Assembly: GCF_009914755.1 (NCBI RefSeq)
Contig: NC_060925.1
Source of the DNA: the human T2T-CHM13v2.0 reference genome, Homo sapiens
Length of the DNA: 64,000 nt
Strand: one strand, 5' to 3'
The position numbers were made by a program, and so were the translations under genes. Numbering within the stretch: the first letter of the stretch is position 1; every line of letters begins with the position of its first letter. The notes beneath the pieces were generated by a model. That model ran no database searches, was not told the origin of the DNA, and worked only from the letters and a program-made list of their open reading frames with translations. Below, one piece after another: positions 37,732 to 57,908 of the stretch.

Positions 37732-39450
37732 TATCTTCCCATAAAAATTAGACAGAAGCATTCTCAGAAACTTCTTTGGGATGTGTGTGTTCAAATCACA
37801 GAGTTGAACCTTTCTTTTGATAGAGCAGTTTTCAAACTATATTTTGTAGGATCTGGAAGTGGAAATTTGGAGTTATTTGAAGTGCATTTTGGAAAAGGAA
37901 ATATCTTCATATAAAAACTTGACAGAAGCATTCTCTGAAACTTCTTTGTGATGAGTGCATTCAACTCCTACCTTTGAAACTTTCCTTTGTTAGAACAGTT
38001 TTGAAAAACTCCTTTTGTAGAATCTGCTTGTGGATATTTGGAGCTCTTTGAGGCCTTCGTTGGAAACCGGATTTCTGCAAATAAAAACTAGACAGAAGCA
38101 TTATCAGAAACAGCTTTTTGATGTGTGCATTCAACTCACAGAGTTGAACCTTTCTTTTGATAGAGCCGTTTTGAAAAACTTTGTTGAATCTGCAAGTGTT
38201 CATTTGGAGGACTTTGAGGCCTATGATGGGAAAGGAAATATCTTCACATAAAAACTACACAGAAGCATTCTCAGAAACTTCTTTGTGATGTGTGCATTCA
38301 ACTCATAGAGTTGAACCTTCCTTTTCAGAGAACACTTTTGAAACAATCTTTTTGTAGAATCTGCAAGTGGATATTTCTAGCGCTTTGAGGCCTATGGTGG
38401 AAAAGGAAATATCTTCACATAAAAACTTGATGGAAGCATTATCAGAAACTTCTTTCTGATTTGTGCATTCGACTCACAGTGTTGAAACTTTCTTTTGATA
38501 CAGAAGTTTTGGAACACTCCTTTCGTAGAATCTGCTGGTGGATATTTGGAGCTCTTTGAGGCCTTCGTTGGAAAAGGGATATCTTCACATAAAAACTAGA
38601 CAGAAACTTTCTCGGAAACTGCTTTTTGACGTGTGCATTCAACTGACAGAGTTGAACTTTTTTTGTTAGAGCAGAAACACTTCTTTTCTAAAATCTGCTA
38701 TTGGATATTTGGAGATTTTTGGGGCCTTTGTTCAAAATGAGTATATATTCTCATAAAAACTAGACAGAAGCATTCTCAGAAAGTTCTTTGTGATCTGTGC
38801 ATTCAACTCACTGATTTGAACCTTCCTTTTGATAGAGCAGATTTCAAACAGTTTTTTGCAGAATCTGCAAGTGGATATTGGGAGCGATTTGAGGCCTATT
38901 GTGGAAAATTAAATATCTTCACATAAAAAGTAGACAGAAGCACTCTCAGAAACTTCTTTGTGATGTGTGCATTCAACTCACTGATTTGAACCGTTCTTTT
39001 GATAGAGCAGTTTTGAAACACTCTTTTTGAAGAAGCTGCAAGTGTTCATTTAGTGCGCTTTGAGGCCTATGGTGGAAAAGGAAATGTCTTCACATATAAA
39101 GTAGACAGAACCATTCTCAGAAACCACTTTGTGATGTGTGCCTTCAACTCACAGAGTTGAACCTTCCTTTTGACAGAGCAGTTTCGAAACAGTCTTCTTG
39201 TAGAATCTGCAAGTGGATATTTGGAACGATTTGAGGCCTATGGTGGAAAAGGGAATATCTTCACATAAAAACTGGACAGAAGCACTCTCTGATACCTCTT
39301 TGTGATGTGTGCAATCAACTCACAGTGTTGAACCTTTCTTTTGATAGAGCAGTTTTGAAACCCTCCTTTTGTAAAATCTGCTTGTGGATATTTGGAGCTC
39401 TTTGAGGCCTTCATTGGAAATGGGATATCTTCAAATAAAAACTAGACACA

Positions 39451-40355
39451 GGGTGGAGCAGCCAAGATGGCCGAATAGGGAGAGTTCCATTCTACAGCTC
39501 CCAGGGTGAACGATGCAGAAGAGGGGTGATTTCTGCATTTGCATCTGAGGTACCGTGTTCATCTCACTAGGTAGTGCCAGAGAGTGGGTGCAGGTTAGTG
39601 GGTGCGTGCACTGTGCACGAGCCAAAGTAGCAGGAGGCATTACCTCACTTGGGAAGCGCCAGGGTCAGGGAGTTCCCTTTCTTAGTCAAAGAAAGTGGTG
39701 ACAGACGGCACCTAGAAAATCGGGTCACTGCCACCCAAATACTGCACTTTTCCAATGGGCTTAAAATATGGTGCACCAGGAGATTATATCCTGCACAAGT
39801 CTTGGAGGGTCCTGCTCACACAGAGTGTCACTGATTGCTAGCACAGCAGCCTGAGATCAAACTGCAAGGCAGCAGCGAGGTTGGATAGGGCTCCCACCAT
39901 TGCCCAGGCTTGCTTAGGAAAACAAAGCCGATGGGAAGCTCGAACTGGGTGGAGCCCACCACAGCTCAAGGAGGCCTGCCTCCCTCTGTAGGCTCCACAT
40001 CTGGGGACAGGGCACAGAACAACAAAAAGACAGCAGTAATCTCTGCAGACTTAAATGTCCCTGTCTGACAGCTTTGAAGAGAGCATTGGTTCTCCCAGCA
40101 CACAGCTGGAGATCTGAGAACTGGCAGACAGCCTCCTCAAGTGGGTCCCTGACCCCTGACCCCCAAGCAGCCTAACTGGGAGGCACCCGCAAGCAGGGGA
40201 AGACTGACACCTCACACGGCTGGGTACTCCAACAGACCTGCAGCTGAGGGTCCTTTCTGTTAGAAGGGAAACTATCAAACAGAGAGGACATCCACACCAA
40301 AAACTCATCAGTACATCACCATCATCAAAGACCAAAAGTAGATAAAACCACAAAG
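39451..40355 (+). promoter_or_regulatory. L1 5'UTR internal promoter (YY1 site at 39461-39473; heavily mutated CpG island)
   Basis: gccaagatggccg YY1 motif near the 5' end. The ~905-bp UTR precedes the ORF1 ATG, and many CpGs are lost. Confidence 0.8.
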
Positions 40356-41351
40356 ATGGGGCAAAAACAGAACAGAAAAACTGGAAACTCTAAAAAGCAG
40401 AGCACCTCTCCTCCTCCAAAGGAATGCAGTTCCTCACCAGCAACGGAAAAAAGCTGGATGGAGAATGACTTTGAAGAGCTGAGAGAAGAAGACTTCAGAT
40501 GATCAAATTACTCTGAGCTACGGGAGGACATTCAAACCAAAGGCAAAGAAGTTGAAAACTTTGAAAAAAGTTTAGAAGAATGTATAACTAGAATAACGAA
40601 TACAGAGAAGTGCTTAAAGGAGCTGATGGAGCTGAAAACCAAGGCTTGAGAACTACATGAAGAATGCAGAAGCCTCAGGAGCCGATGCAATCAACTGGAA
40701 GAAAGGGTATCAGTGATGGAAGAGGAAGTGAATAAAATGAAGTGAGAAGGGAGGTTTAGAGAGAAAAGAATAAAGAGAAACGAGAAAAGCCTCCAATAAA
40801 TATGGGACTGTGTGAAAAGACCAAATCTACGTCTGACTGGTGCACCTGAAAGTGACAGGGAGAATGGAAACAAGTTGGAAAACACTCTGCAGGATATTAT
40901 TCAGGAGAACTTCCCCAATCTAGCAAGGCAGGCCAACATTCAGATTCAGGAAATACAGAGAATGCCAGAAAGATAATCCTCGAGAAAAGCAACCCCAAGA
41001 AACATAATTGTCAGATTCACCGAAGTTGAAATAAAGGAAAAAATGTTAAGGGCAGTCAGAGAGAAGGTCGGGTTACCACTAACAGCGGATCTCTCGGCAG
41101 AAACCCAACAAGCCAGAAGAGAGTGGGGGCCAATATTCAACATTCTTAAAAAAAAGAATTTTCAACCCAGAATTTCATATCCTGCCAAACTAAGTTTCAT
41201 AAGTGAAGGAGAAATAAAATACTTTACAGACAAGCAAATGCTGAGAGATTTTGTCACCACCAGGCCTGCCCTAAAAGAGCTCCTCAAGGAAGCGCTAAAC
41301 ATGGAAAGGAACAACCGGTATCTGCTGCTGCAAAATCATGCCAAAATGTAA
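40356..41351 (+). pseudogene. ORF1: L1 ORF1p (RNA-binding protein), disrupted
   Basis: ATG GGG CAA AAA CAG start and ...LLQNHAKM* end. Internal stops (e.g. TGA at 40500-40502) and 21 bp missing near 41060-41077 relative to the second copy. Confidence 0.93.
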
Positions 41352-41414
41352 AGACCATCAAGACTAGGAAGAAACTGCATGAACTAACGTGCAAAATAAC
41401 CAGCTAATATCAAA

Positions 41415-45243
<3,829 letters not shown>

Positions 45244-45294
45244 ACAGTGAGAACACATGGACACAGGAAGGGGAACATCACACTCTGGGAAATG

Positions 45295-45320
45295 TTGTGG
45301 GGTGGGGGGAGGGGGAAGGG
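45295..45320 (+). other. L1 3'UTR polypurine / G-quadruplex-forming tract
   Basis: ttgtggggtggggggagggggaaggg has four G-runs. Confidence 0.7.
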
Positions 45321-45471
45321 AGCACATTGGGAGATATAACTAATGCTAGATGACGAGTTAGTGGGTGCAGCGCACCAGCATGGCACATATATACATATGT
45401 AACTAACGTGCACATTGGCAACATGTACCCTAAAACTTAAAGTATAATAATTTAAAAAAAAAAATGAAAAA

Positions 45472-47193
45472 AAAAACTAGACAGAAGCATTCTCAGAAAC
45501 ATCTTTGCCATGTGTGCATTCAACTCACAGAGTTGAAACTTTCTTTTCATAGAGCAGTTTTGAAACACTCTTTTTGTAGAATCTGCAAGGGTTCATTTGG
45601 AGTGCTTTCAGGCATATGGTGGAAAATGAAATATCTTCAAATAAAGACTAGACAGAAGCATTCTCAGCGATTTCTTTGGGATGTATAGATTCAATTCACA
45701 GAGTTGAACCTTCCTTTTGATAGAGCAGTTTTGAAACAGTCTTTTTGTAGGATCTCCAAGTGGATATTTGGAGCGATTTGAGGCCTATGATAGAAAAGGA
45801 AATATATTCACATAAAAAGTTGACAGAAGCATTCTCAGAAACTTCTTTGTGATGTGTGCATTCAACTCACAGAATTGAAACTTTCTTTTTATAGAGCAGT
45901 TTTGAAACACCCCTTTTGTACTATCTGCTTGTGGATATTTGGAGCTCTTTGAGGCCTTCTTTGGAAACCGGATATCTTCAAATAAAAACTAGACAGAAGC
46001 ATTCACAGAAACTGCTTTCTGATGAGTGCCTTCAACTCACAGAGTTCAACCTTTCTTTTGATAGAGCAGTTTTCAAACACTCTTTTTGTAGAATTGGCAA
46101 GTGTTCATTTGGAGCGCTTTGAAGCCTATGGTGGAAAGGGAAATAGCTTCACATAAAAACTAGACAGAAGCATTCTCAGAAACTTCTTTGTAATGTGTGC
46201 ATTCAACTCACAGAGTGGATCCTTTCTTTTGACAGAGCATATTTGAAACAGTATTTTTATAGAATCTGCAAGTGGATATTTCGATTAACTTGAGGCCTGT
46301 GGAGGAAAAGGGAATATCTTCACATAAAAAGTAGAGAGAAGCATTCTCAGAAACTTCTTTGTGATGTGTGCATTCAACTCACAAACCTGAACTTTTCTTT
46401 TGATAGAGCAGTTTTGAAACACTCTTTTGTAGAAGCTGCAACTGTTCATTTAGTGCGCTTTAAGGCTAAGGTGGAAAAGGAAATATCTTCACATAAAATT
46501 TAGACAGAAGCATTCTGAAAAACTTCTTTGTGATCAGTGCCTACAACTCACAGAGTTGAACCTTCCTTCTGGCAGAGCAGTTTTGAAACAGTCTATTTGT
46601 AGGATCTGCAAGTGGATATTTGGAGAGATTTGAGGCCTAGGGTGAAAAAGGGAATATCTTCACATAACAACTTGACAGAAGGATTCTCAGAAACTTCTTA
46701 GTGATGTGTGCATTCACCTCACAGAGTTGAACATTTCTTTTGATAGAGCAGTTCTGAAACACTCCTTTTGGAGAATCTGCTAGTGGATATTTGGGCATTT
46801 TTGAGGCCTTCGTTGGAAACGGGAATATCTTCACATAAAAGCTAGTCAGAAGGATTCTCAGAAACTGCTTTGTGATTTGTGCTTTCAACTTACAGAGTTG
46901 AACCTTTCTTTTGATAGAGCAGTTTTGAAACACTCTTTTTGTAGAATCTGCAAGTGTTCGTTTGGAGGGCTTTGAGGCCTATTGTGGAGAAGGAAATATC
47001 TTCACATAAAAACTAGACAGAAGTGTTCTCAGAAACTTCTTTTTGATGTGTGCATTTAACTCACAGAGTTGAAATTTCCTTTTGATATAGCAGTTTTCAC
47101 ACAGTCTTTTGTAGAATTTGCAAGTGAATATTTGGAGCGATTTGAGGTCTATGGTGGAAAAGGAAATATTTTCACATAAAAACTAGACAGAAG
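45472..47193 (+). repeat. Ten-monomer alpha satellite spacer between the two L1s
   Basis: 1706 bp separate equivalent aaaaactagacagaag positions (45472 and 47178). Includes an intact CENP-B box at 46808-46824. Confidence 0.95.
46808..46824 (+). promoter_or_regulatory. CENP-B box (canonical), between the L1s
   Basis: CTTCGTTGGAAACGGGA. Confidence 0.9.
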
Positions 47194-48100
47194 AGGGGAG
47201 GAGCCAAGATGGCCGAATAGGAACAGCTCCGGTCTACAGCTCCCAGTGTGAGCGACGCAGAAGACAGGTGATTTCTGCATTTCCAACTGAGGTACCGAGT
47301 TCATCTCACCAGGGAGTGCCAGACAGTGGGCGCAGGTCAGTGGGTGCGTGCACCATACGCGAGCTGAAGCATGGAGAGGCATTGCCTCACTTGGGAAGTG
47401 CAAGGAGTCAGGGAGTTCACTTCCCAAGTCAAAGAAAGGGGTGATGGACAGCATCTGGAAAATCGGGTCACTCCCACCAGAATACTGCGCTTTTCTGACG
47501 GGCTTAAAAAACGGCGCACCACGAGAGTATATCCCGTACCTGGCTCAGAGGGTCCTATGCCCACAGAGTATCGCTGATTGCTAGCAGGGCAGTCTGAGAT
47601 CAAACTGCAAGGCGGCAGTGAGGCTGGGGGAGGGACACTCGCCATTGTCCAGGCTTGATTAGGTAAACAAAGCAGATAGGAAGCTGGAACTGGGTGGAGC
47701 CCACCACAGCTCAAGGAGGCCTGCCTGCCTCTGTAGGCTCCACCTCTGGGGACAGGGCACAGACAAACAAAAAGACAGCAGTAACCTCTGCAGACTTAAA
47801 TGTCCCTGTCTGACAGCTTTGAAGAGAGCAGTGGTTCTCTCAGCACACAATTGGAGATCTGAGAACTGGCAGACTGCCTCCTCAAGTAGGTCCCTGACCC
47901 CTGACCCCCGAGCAGCCTAACTGTGAGGCGCCCCCCAGCAGGAGCACACTGACACTTCACAGGGCAGGGTATTCCAACAGACCTGCAGCTGAGGGTTCTG
48001 TCTGTTAGAAGGAAAACTAACAAACAGAAAGGACATCCACACCAAAAACCCATCTGTACATCACCATCACCAAAGACCAAAAGTAGATAAAACCACAAAG
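47194..48100 (+). promoter_or_regulatory. L1 5'UTR sense/antisense promoter region (YY1 site at 47203-47215)
   Basis: Intact gccaagatggccg; ~907-bp UTR before the ORF1 ATG at 48101. Confidence 0.8.
47337..47645 (-). CDS. ORF0: L1 antisense ORF0-like reading frame, open (102 aa from ATG at 47645)
   Basis: MASVPPPASLPPCSLISDCPASNQRYSVGIGPSEPGTGYTLVVRRFLSPSEKRSILVGVTRFSRC... matches primate L1 ORF0 (MAGAPPPASLPPCSLISDCCASNQRDSVGVGPSEPG...). There is no evidence of expression from sequence alone. Confidence 0.6.
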   Translation of the reverse strand: MASVPPPASLPPCSLISDCPASNQRYSVGIGPSEPGTGYTLVVRRFLSPSEKRSILVGVTRFSRCCPSPLSLTWEVNSLTPCTSQVRQCLSMLQLAYGARTH

Positions 48101-49116
48101 ATGGGGCAAAAACAGAACAGAAAAACTGGAAACTCTAAAAAGCAGAGCGCCTCTCCTCCTCCAAAGGAACGCAGTTCCTCACCAGCAATGGAACAAAGCT
48201 GGATGGAGAATGACTTTGACGAGCTGAGAGAAGAAGGCTTCAGACACTCAAATTACTCTGAGCTACAGGAGGAAATTAAAATCAAAGGCAAAGAAGTTGA
48301 AAACTTTGAAAAAAATTTAGAAGAATGTATAACTAGAGTAACAAATACAGAGAAGTGCTTAAAGGAGCTGATGGAGCTGAAAACCAAGGCTCGAGAACTA
48401 CATGAAGAATGCAGAAGCCTCAAGAGCCGATGCGATCAACTGGAAGAAAGGGTATCAGCAATGGAAGATGAAATGAATGAAATGAAGCGAGAAGTAAAGT
48501 TTAGAGAAAAAAGAATAAAAAGAAATGGCAAAGCCTCCAAGAAATACGGGACTATGTGAAAAGACCAAATCTACGTCTGATTGGTGTAGCTGAAAGTGAT
48601 GGGGAGAATGGAACCAAGTTGGAAAACACTCTGCAGGATATTATCCAGGAGAACTTCCCCAATCTAGCAAGGCAGGCCAATGTTCAGATTCAGGAAATAC
48701 AGAGAATGCCACAAAGATACTCCTCGCGAAGAGCAACTCCAAGACACATAATTGTCAGATTCACAAAAGTTGAAATGTAGGAAAAAATGTTAAGGGCAGC
48801 CAGAGAGAAAGGTCGGGTTACCCTCAAAGGGAAGTCCATCAGACTAACAGAGGATCTCTTGGCAGAAACCCTACAAGCCAGAAGAGAGTGGGGGCCAATA
48901 TTCAACATTCTTAAAGAAAATAATTTTCAACCCAGAATTTCATATCCTGCCAAACTAAGTTTCATAAGTGAAGGAGAAATAAAATACTTTACAGACAAGC
49001 AAATGCTGAGAGATTTTGTCACCACCAGGCCTGCCCTAAAAGAGCTCCTGAAGGAAGCACTAAACATGGAAAGGAACAACCGGTACCAGCTGCTGCAAAA
49101 TCATGCCAAAATGTAA
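48101..49116 (+). pseudogene. ORF1: L1 ORF1p, disrupted
   Basis: MGQKQNRKTGNSKKQSASPPPKERSSSP coiled-coil N-terminus. A 1-bp deletion near 48528 and TAG at 48778-48780 split it into three ORFs. Confidence 0.95.
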
Positions 49117-49179
49117 AGACCATCGAGACTAGGAAGAAACTGCATCAACTAACAAGCAAAATAACCAGCTAACATCATA

Positions 49180-52931
<3,752 letters not shown>

Positions 52932-52980
52932 ACAATGAGAACACATGGACACAGGAAGGGGAACATCACACTCTGGGGAC

Positions 52981-53008
52981 TGTTGTGGGGTGGGGGGAGG
53001 CGGGAGGG
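52981..53008 (+). other. L1 3'UTR polypurine / G-quadruplex-forming tract
   Basis: tgttgtggggtggggggaggcgggaggg. Confidence 0.65.
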
Positions 53009-54831
53009 ATAGCATTGGGAAACATACCTAATGCTAGATGACGAGTTAGTGGGTGCAGCGCACCAGCATGGCACATGTATGCATATGTAACTAGCCTCCA
53101 AAATGTGCACATGTACCCTAAAATTTAAAGTATAATAATAATTTAAAAAAGAAAAAAAAAACTAGACAGAAGCATTCTCAGGAACAATTTTGTGATGTGT
53201 GCATTCAAATCACAGAGTTGAACCTTCCTTTTGATATAGCTGTTTGAAACAGTCTCTTTGTAGGATCTGCAAGTGGATATTTGGAGCGATTTGCGGCCTA
53301 TGGTGGTAAAGGAAATTTCTTCACAGAAAAACATGACTGATGCATTCTCAGTAACTTCTTTGTGATGGGTGCATTCAACTCACAACGTTGAACATTTCTT
53401 TTGGTAGAGCACTTTTGAAACACTCCTTTTGTAGCATCTGCTAGTGGATATTTGGATGTCTTTGGGGCCTTCGTTGGAAAAGGGAATATCTTCACAAAAA
53501 ACTAGACGGAAGCATTCTCAGAAACTTCCTTGTGATGTGTACATTCAACTCACAGAGTTGAACCTTCCTTTTGAGAATAGCAGTCTTGAAACAGTCCTTT
53601 TGTGGGATCTGCTTGTGGATATTTGGAGCTCTTTGAGTCCTTCATTGGAAACGGGATATCTTCAAATGCAAACTAGAGAGAAGCATTCTTAGAAACTGCC
53701 TTTTGATGTGTGCATTCAACTCAAAGAGTAGAACGTTTCTTTTGATAGAGCAGTTTTGAAACACCCTTTTTGTAGAATCTGCAAGTGTTTATTTGGAGCT
53801 CTTGGAGGCTTATGGTGGAAAAGGAAATATCTTTACATAAAAACTAGACAGAAGCATTCTCAGAAAGTTCTTTGTGATGTGACCATTCACCTCGCAGGGT
53901 TAAACCTTTCATTTGTTAGAGCAGTTTTGAAACACTCCTTTTGAATAATCTGCTAGTGGATATTTGGAGCTCTTTGAGGTCTTCGTTGAAAACGGGGTGT
54001 CTTCACATAAAAACTAGACAGAAGCATTCTCAGAAACTGCTTTGTGAAGGGTGCATTCAACACACAGAGTTGAAACTTTCTCTTGATAGAGCAGTTTTGA
54101 AACACTCTTTTTGTAGAATCTGCAAGTGTTCATTTGGAGCTCTTTGAGGCCTATGGTGGAAAAGGAAATATCTTTACATAAAAACTAGAAAGAAGCATTC
54201 TCAGAAACTTCTTTGTGATGTGTGCATTCACCTCACAGAGTTGAACATTTCTTTTGACAGAGCAGTTTTGAAACACTCATTTTGTGGAATGTGTTTGTAA
54301 ATATTTGGAGCTCTTTGAGGCCTTAGTTGGAAATGGGATATCTTCACGTAAAAACTTGACAGAAGAATTCTCAGAAACTTCTTTGTGATGTGTGCATTCA
54401 ACTCACAGATTTGAACCTTTCTTTTAATGGAGCAGTTTTGAAAGAGTCTTTTCGTTGAATCTGCAGTGTTCATTTGGAGCGCTTTGAGGCCTATGGCAGA
54501 AAAGGAAATATCTTCACATAAAAACTAGACGGAAACATTGTCAGAAACTTTTTTGTGATGTGCTCATTCAGCTCACAGAATTGAACGTTCCTTTTGATCG
54601 AGCAGTTTTGAAACAGTCTTTTTGCAGGATCTGCAAGTGAACATTTGGAGCGATTGGAGGCCTATGGTGGAAAAGGGAATATCTTCACATAAGAGCTAGT
54701 CCGAAGAGTTCTCAGAAACGGCTTTGTAACGTTTGCATTCAACTGACAGTGTTGAGCCTTTCTTTTGATAGAGCAGATTTGAGACACTCCTATTGTGGAA
54801 TCTGCTTGTAAATATTTGGAGCTTTTGAGGA

Positions 54832-54848
54832 CTTCGTTGGAAACGGGA
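54832..54848 (+). promoter_or_regulatory. CENP-B box (canonical)
   Basis: CTTCGTTGGAAACGGGA. Confidence 0.9.
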
Positions 54849-57552
54849 TATCTTCACATAAAAACTAGACAGAAACATTCTCAGAAACTGCTTTGTGATG
54901 TGTGCATTCAACTCGCAGACTTGAACATTTCTTTTCATAGAGCAGCACTGAAAGACTACTTTTGTAGAATCTGCTTGTGGATATTTGGAGCTGTTTGAGG
55001 TTTTTGTTGGAAAGGGGATATCTTCACATAAAAACTAGACAGAAGCTTTCTCAGAAACTGTTTTGTGATCTGTGCACTCAACTCACAGAATTGAAACTTT
55101 CTTTTCTTAGAGCAGTTTTGAAGCACTCTTTTTGTAGAATCTTCAAGTGTTCACTTGGAGCGCTTAGAGGTGTATCATGGAAAAGGAAATAACTTCACAT
55201 AAAAACTAGACAGAAGCATTCTAAGAATCTTCTTTGTGATGTGTGCATTCAACCCACAGAGTTGAACCTTCCTATTGATAGAGCAGTTTTGAAACCGTCT
55301 TTTTGTAGGATCTGCAAGTGGATATTTGGAGCGATTTCCAGACTATGGTGAAAAAGGAAATATCTTCACACAAAAAGTTGACAGAAGCATTCTCAGAAAC
55401 TGCTTTGTGATGTGTGCATTCAACTCACAGACTGGAACACTTCTTTTGATAGAGCAGTACTGAAACACTACTTTGGTAGAATCTGCTCGTGGATATTTGG
55501 AGCTGTTTGAGGTTTTCGTTGGAAACAGGATATCTTCACATAAAAATTAGAAGCATTCTCAGAAACTGCTTTGTGATGTGTGCACTCAACTCACAGATTT
55601 GAATGTTTGTTTTGATAGAGCAGTGTTGAAACACTCTTTTTGTAGAATCTTCAAGTGTTCATTTGGAGAGCTTTGAGGCGTATTTTGGAAAAGGAAATAA
55701 CTTCACATAAAACTAGACAGAAGCATTCTCAGAAACGTCTTTGTGATGTGTGCATTCAACTCACAGAGTTGAACCTTCCTTTTGATAGAGCAATTTTGAA
55801 ACAGTCTCTTTGTGGGATCTAGAAGTGGAAATTTGGAGTGATTTGAGGCCTATGGTGGAAAAGGAAATATTTTCACATAAAAACTAGACAGAAGCATTCT
55901 CAGAAACTTCTTTGTGATGTAAGCATTCAACTCAAATTGTTGAACCTTCCTTTTGGGAGAGCAGTTTTGAAACAGTCTATTTGTAGGATCTGCAAGTGGA
56001 TATTTGGAGAGATTTGAGGCCTATGGTGAAAAAGGAAATATCTTCACATAACAACTTGACAGAAGGATTCTCAGAAACTTCTTTGTGACGTGTGCCTACA
56101 ACTCACAGTGCTGAACCTTCATTTTGAAATAGCAGTTTTGAAATAGTCCTCTTGTAGAATATCCAATTGGATATTTAGAATGATTTGAGGCCTATGGTGG
56201 AAAAGGTAATATCTTCACATAAAAAATAGTCAGAAGAGTTCTCAGAAACTGCTTTGTGATGTATGCATTCAACTCACAGAGTTGAACATTCTTTTGACAG
56301 AGCAGTTTTGAAACACTCCTATTGTGGAATCTGCTTTAAATATTAGTAGGTCTTTGAGGCCTTCGTTGGAAACCGGACATCTTCACATAAATCTTGACAG
56401 AAGCATTCTCAGAAACTGCTTTTTGGTGTGTGCATTCAACTCAAAGAGTTGAATATTTCCTTTTATGGAGCAGTTTTGAAACACTCTTTTTCTAGAATCT
56501 GGAAGTGTTCATTTGGAGCGCTTTGAGGCCTACGGTGGAAAAGGCAATATCTTCACATAAAAACTAGGCAGAAGCATTCTCAGAAACTTCTTTGTGATGT
56601 GTGCATTCAACGCAGAGAGTTGAACATTCCCTTTGATAGAGCAGATTGAAACACTCCTTTTGTAGTATCTGGTAGTGGATATATGGAGGTTTTTGAGGCC
56701 GTCGTTGGAAACGGGAATATCTTCAGATAAAAACTAGTCAGAAGCATTCTCAGAAAGTGCTTTGTGAGTAGTGCATTCAACTCACAGAGTTGAACTTTTC
56801 TTTTGATACAGCAGTTTCGAAACACTCTTTTTGTAGAATATGCAAGTGTTCATTTGGAGCGCTTTGAGGCCTATTGTGGAAAAGGAAATATCTTCACATA
56901 AAAACTAGACAGAAGCATTCTCAGAAACTTCTTTGTGATGTGGACATTCAACTCAGAGAGATGAACATTTCCTTTTACAGAGCAGTACTGAATCACTACT
57001 TTTGTAGAATCTGCTTGTGGATATTTGGAGCTGTTTGGGGATTTTGTTAGAAACGGGATATCTTCAAATAAAAACTAGACAGAAGCATTCTCAGAAACTG
57101 CTTTGTGAAGTGTGCACTCAATTCACAGATTTGAACCTTTCCTTTGAAAGAGGAGTTTTGAAACACTCTTTTTGTAGTATCTTCAAGTGTTCATTCATAG
57201 CGCTTTGAGGCATATGGTAGAAAAGGAAATAACTTCACATAAAAACTTGACAGAATCATTCTCAGAAACTTCTTTATGATGTGTGTATTCAACTCACAGA
57301 GTTGAACCTTCCTTTGATAGAGCAGTTTTGAAACAGTGTTTTTGTAGGACCTAGAAGTGGAAATTTGGAGTGATTTGAGGCCTATGGTGGAAAAGGAAAT
57401 ATCTTCACATAAAGAGTAGACAGAAGCATTCTCAGAAAGTCCTTTGTGACTTGTCTCTTCAACTCACAGAGTTGAATCTTTCTTTTGATAGAGCAGTTTT
57501 GAAACACTCCTTTTGCAGAATCTGCTTGTGGATATTTGGAGCTCTTTGAGGC

Positions 57553-57569
57553 CTTCGTTGGAAACGGGA
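57553..57569 (+). promoter_or_regulatory. CENP-B box (canonical)
   Basis: CTTCGTTGGAAACGGGA. Confidence 0.9.
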
Positions 57570-57891
57570 TATCTTCACATAAAAACTAGACAGAAGCATT
57601 CTTAGAAACTGCTTTGTGATGTGGGCATTCAACTCATAGTGTCGAACACTTCTTTTGAAAGATAAGTTTTGAAACACTCTTTTTCTAGAATCTGTAAGTG
57701 TTCATTTGGAGCACTTTGAGGCCTATATTGGAAAAAAAAATCTTCAAATAAAAACTGGACGTAAGCATTCTCAGAAACTTCTTTGTGATGTGTGCATTCA
57801 GCTCACAGCGTTGAACCTTCCTTTTGATAGAGCAGTTTTGAAACACTCCATTTATACGGTCTGCTGGTGGATATTTGGAGATTTTTGAGGC

Positions 57892-57908
57892 CTTCGTTTT
57901 AAACGGGA
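57892..57908 (+). promoter_or_regulatory. CENP-B box (core intact)
   Basis: CTTCGTTTTAAACGGGA. Confidence 0.75.

Larger units (their letters stand above)
30294..39450 (+). repeat. Alpha satellite array, irregular A-box/B-box monomers with scattered CENP-B boxes
   Basis: cattctcagaaacttctttgtgatgtgtgcattcaactcacagagttgaac every ~171 bp, with a mix of ggtggaaaaggaaa (pJalpha-type) and ttcgttggaaacggga (CENP-B-type) monomers. Confidence 0.97.

Noticed and set aside
189-39400. Dozens of 60-146 aa ORFs with recurring motifs (CELNAHITK, KTRQKHSQKLLCDVCIQLTEL)
   Set aside because: They are chance translations of the 171-bp (57-codon) satellite monomer on both strands, not genes or a repeat-protein family.
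1-39450. Regularly spaced conserved motifs resembling a CRISPR-like repeat/spacer array
   Set aside because: The whole 171-bp unit is repeated, there are no unique spacers or cas genes, and the context is primate.
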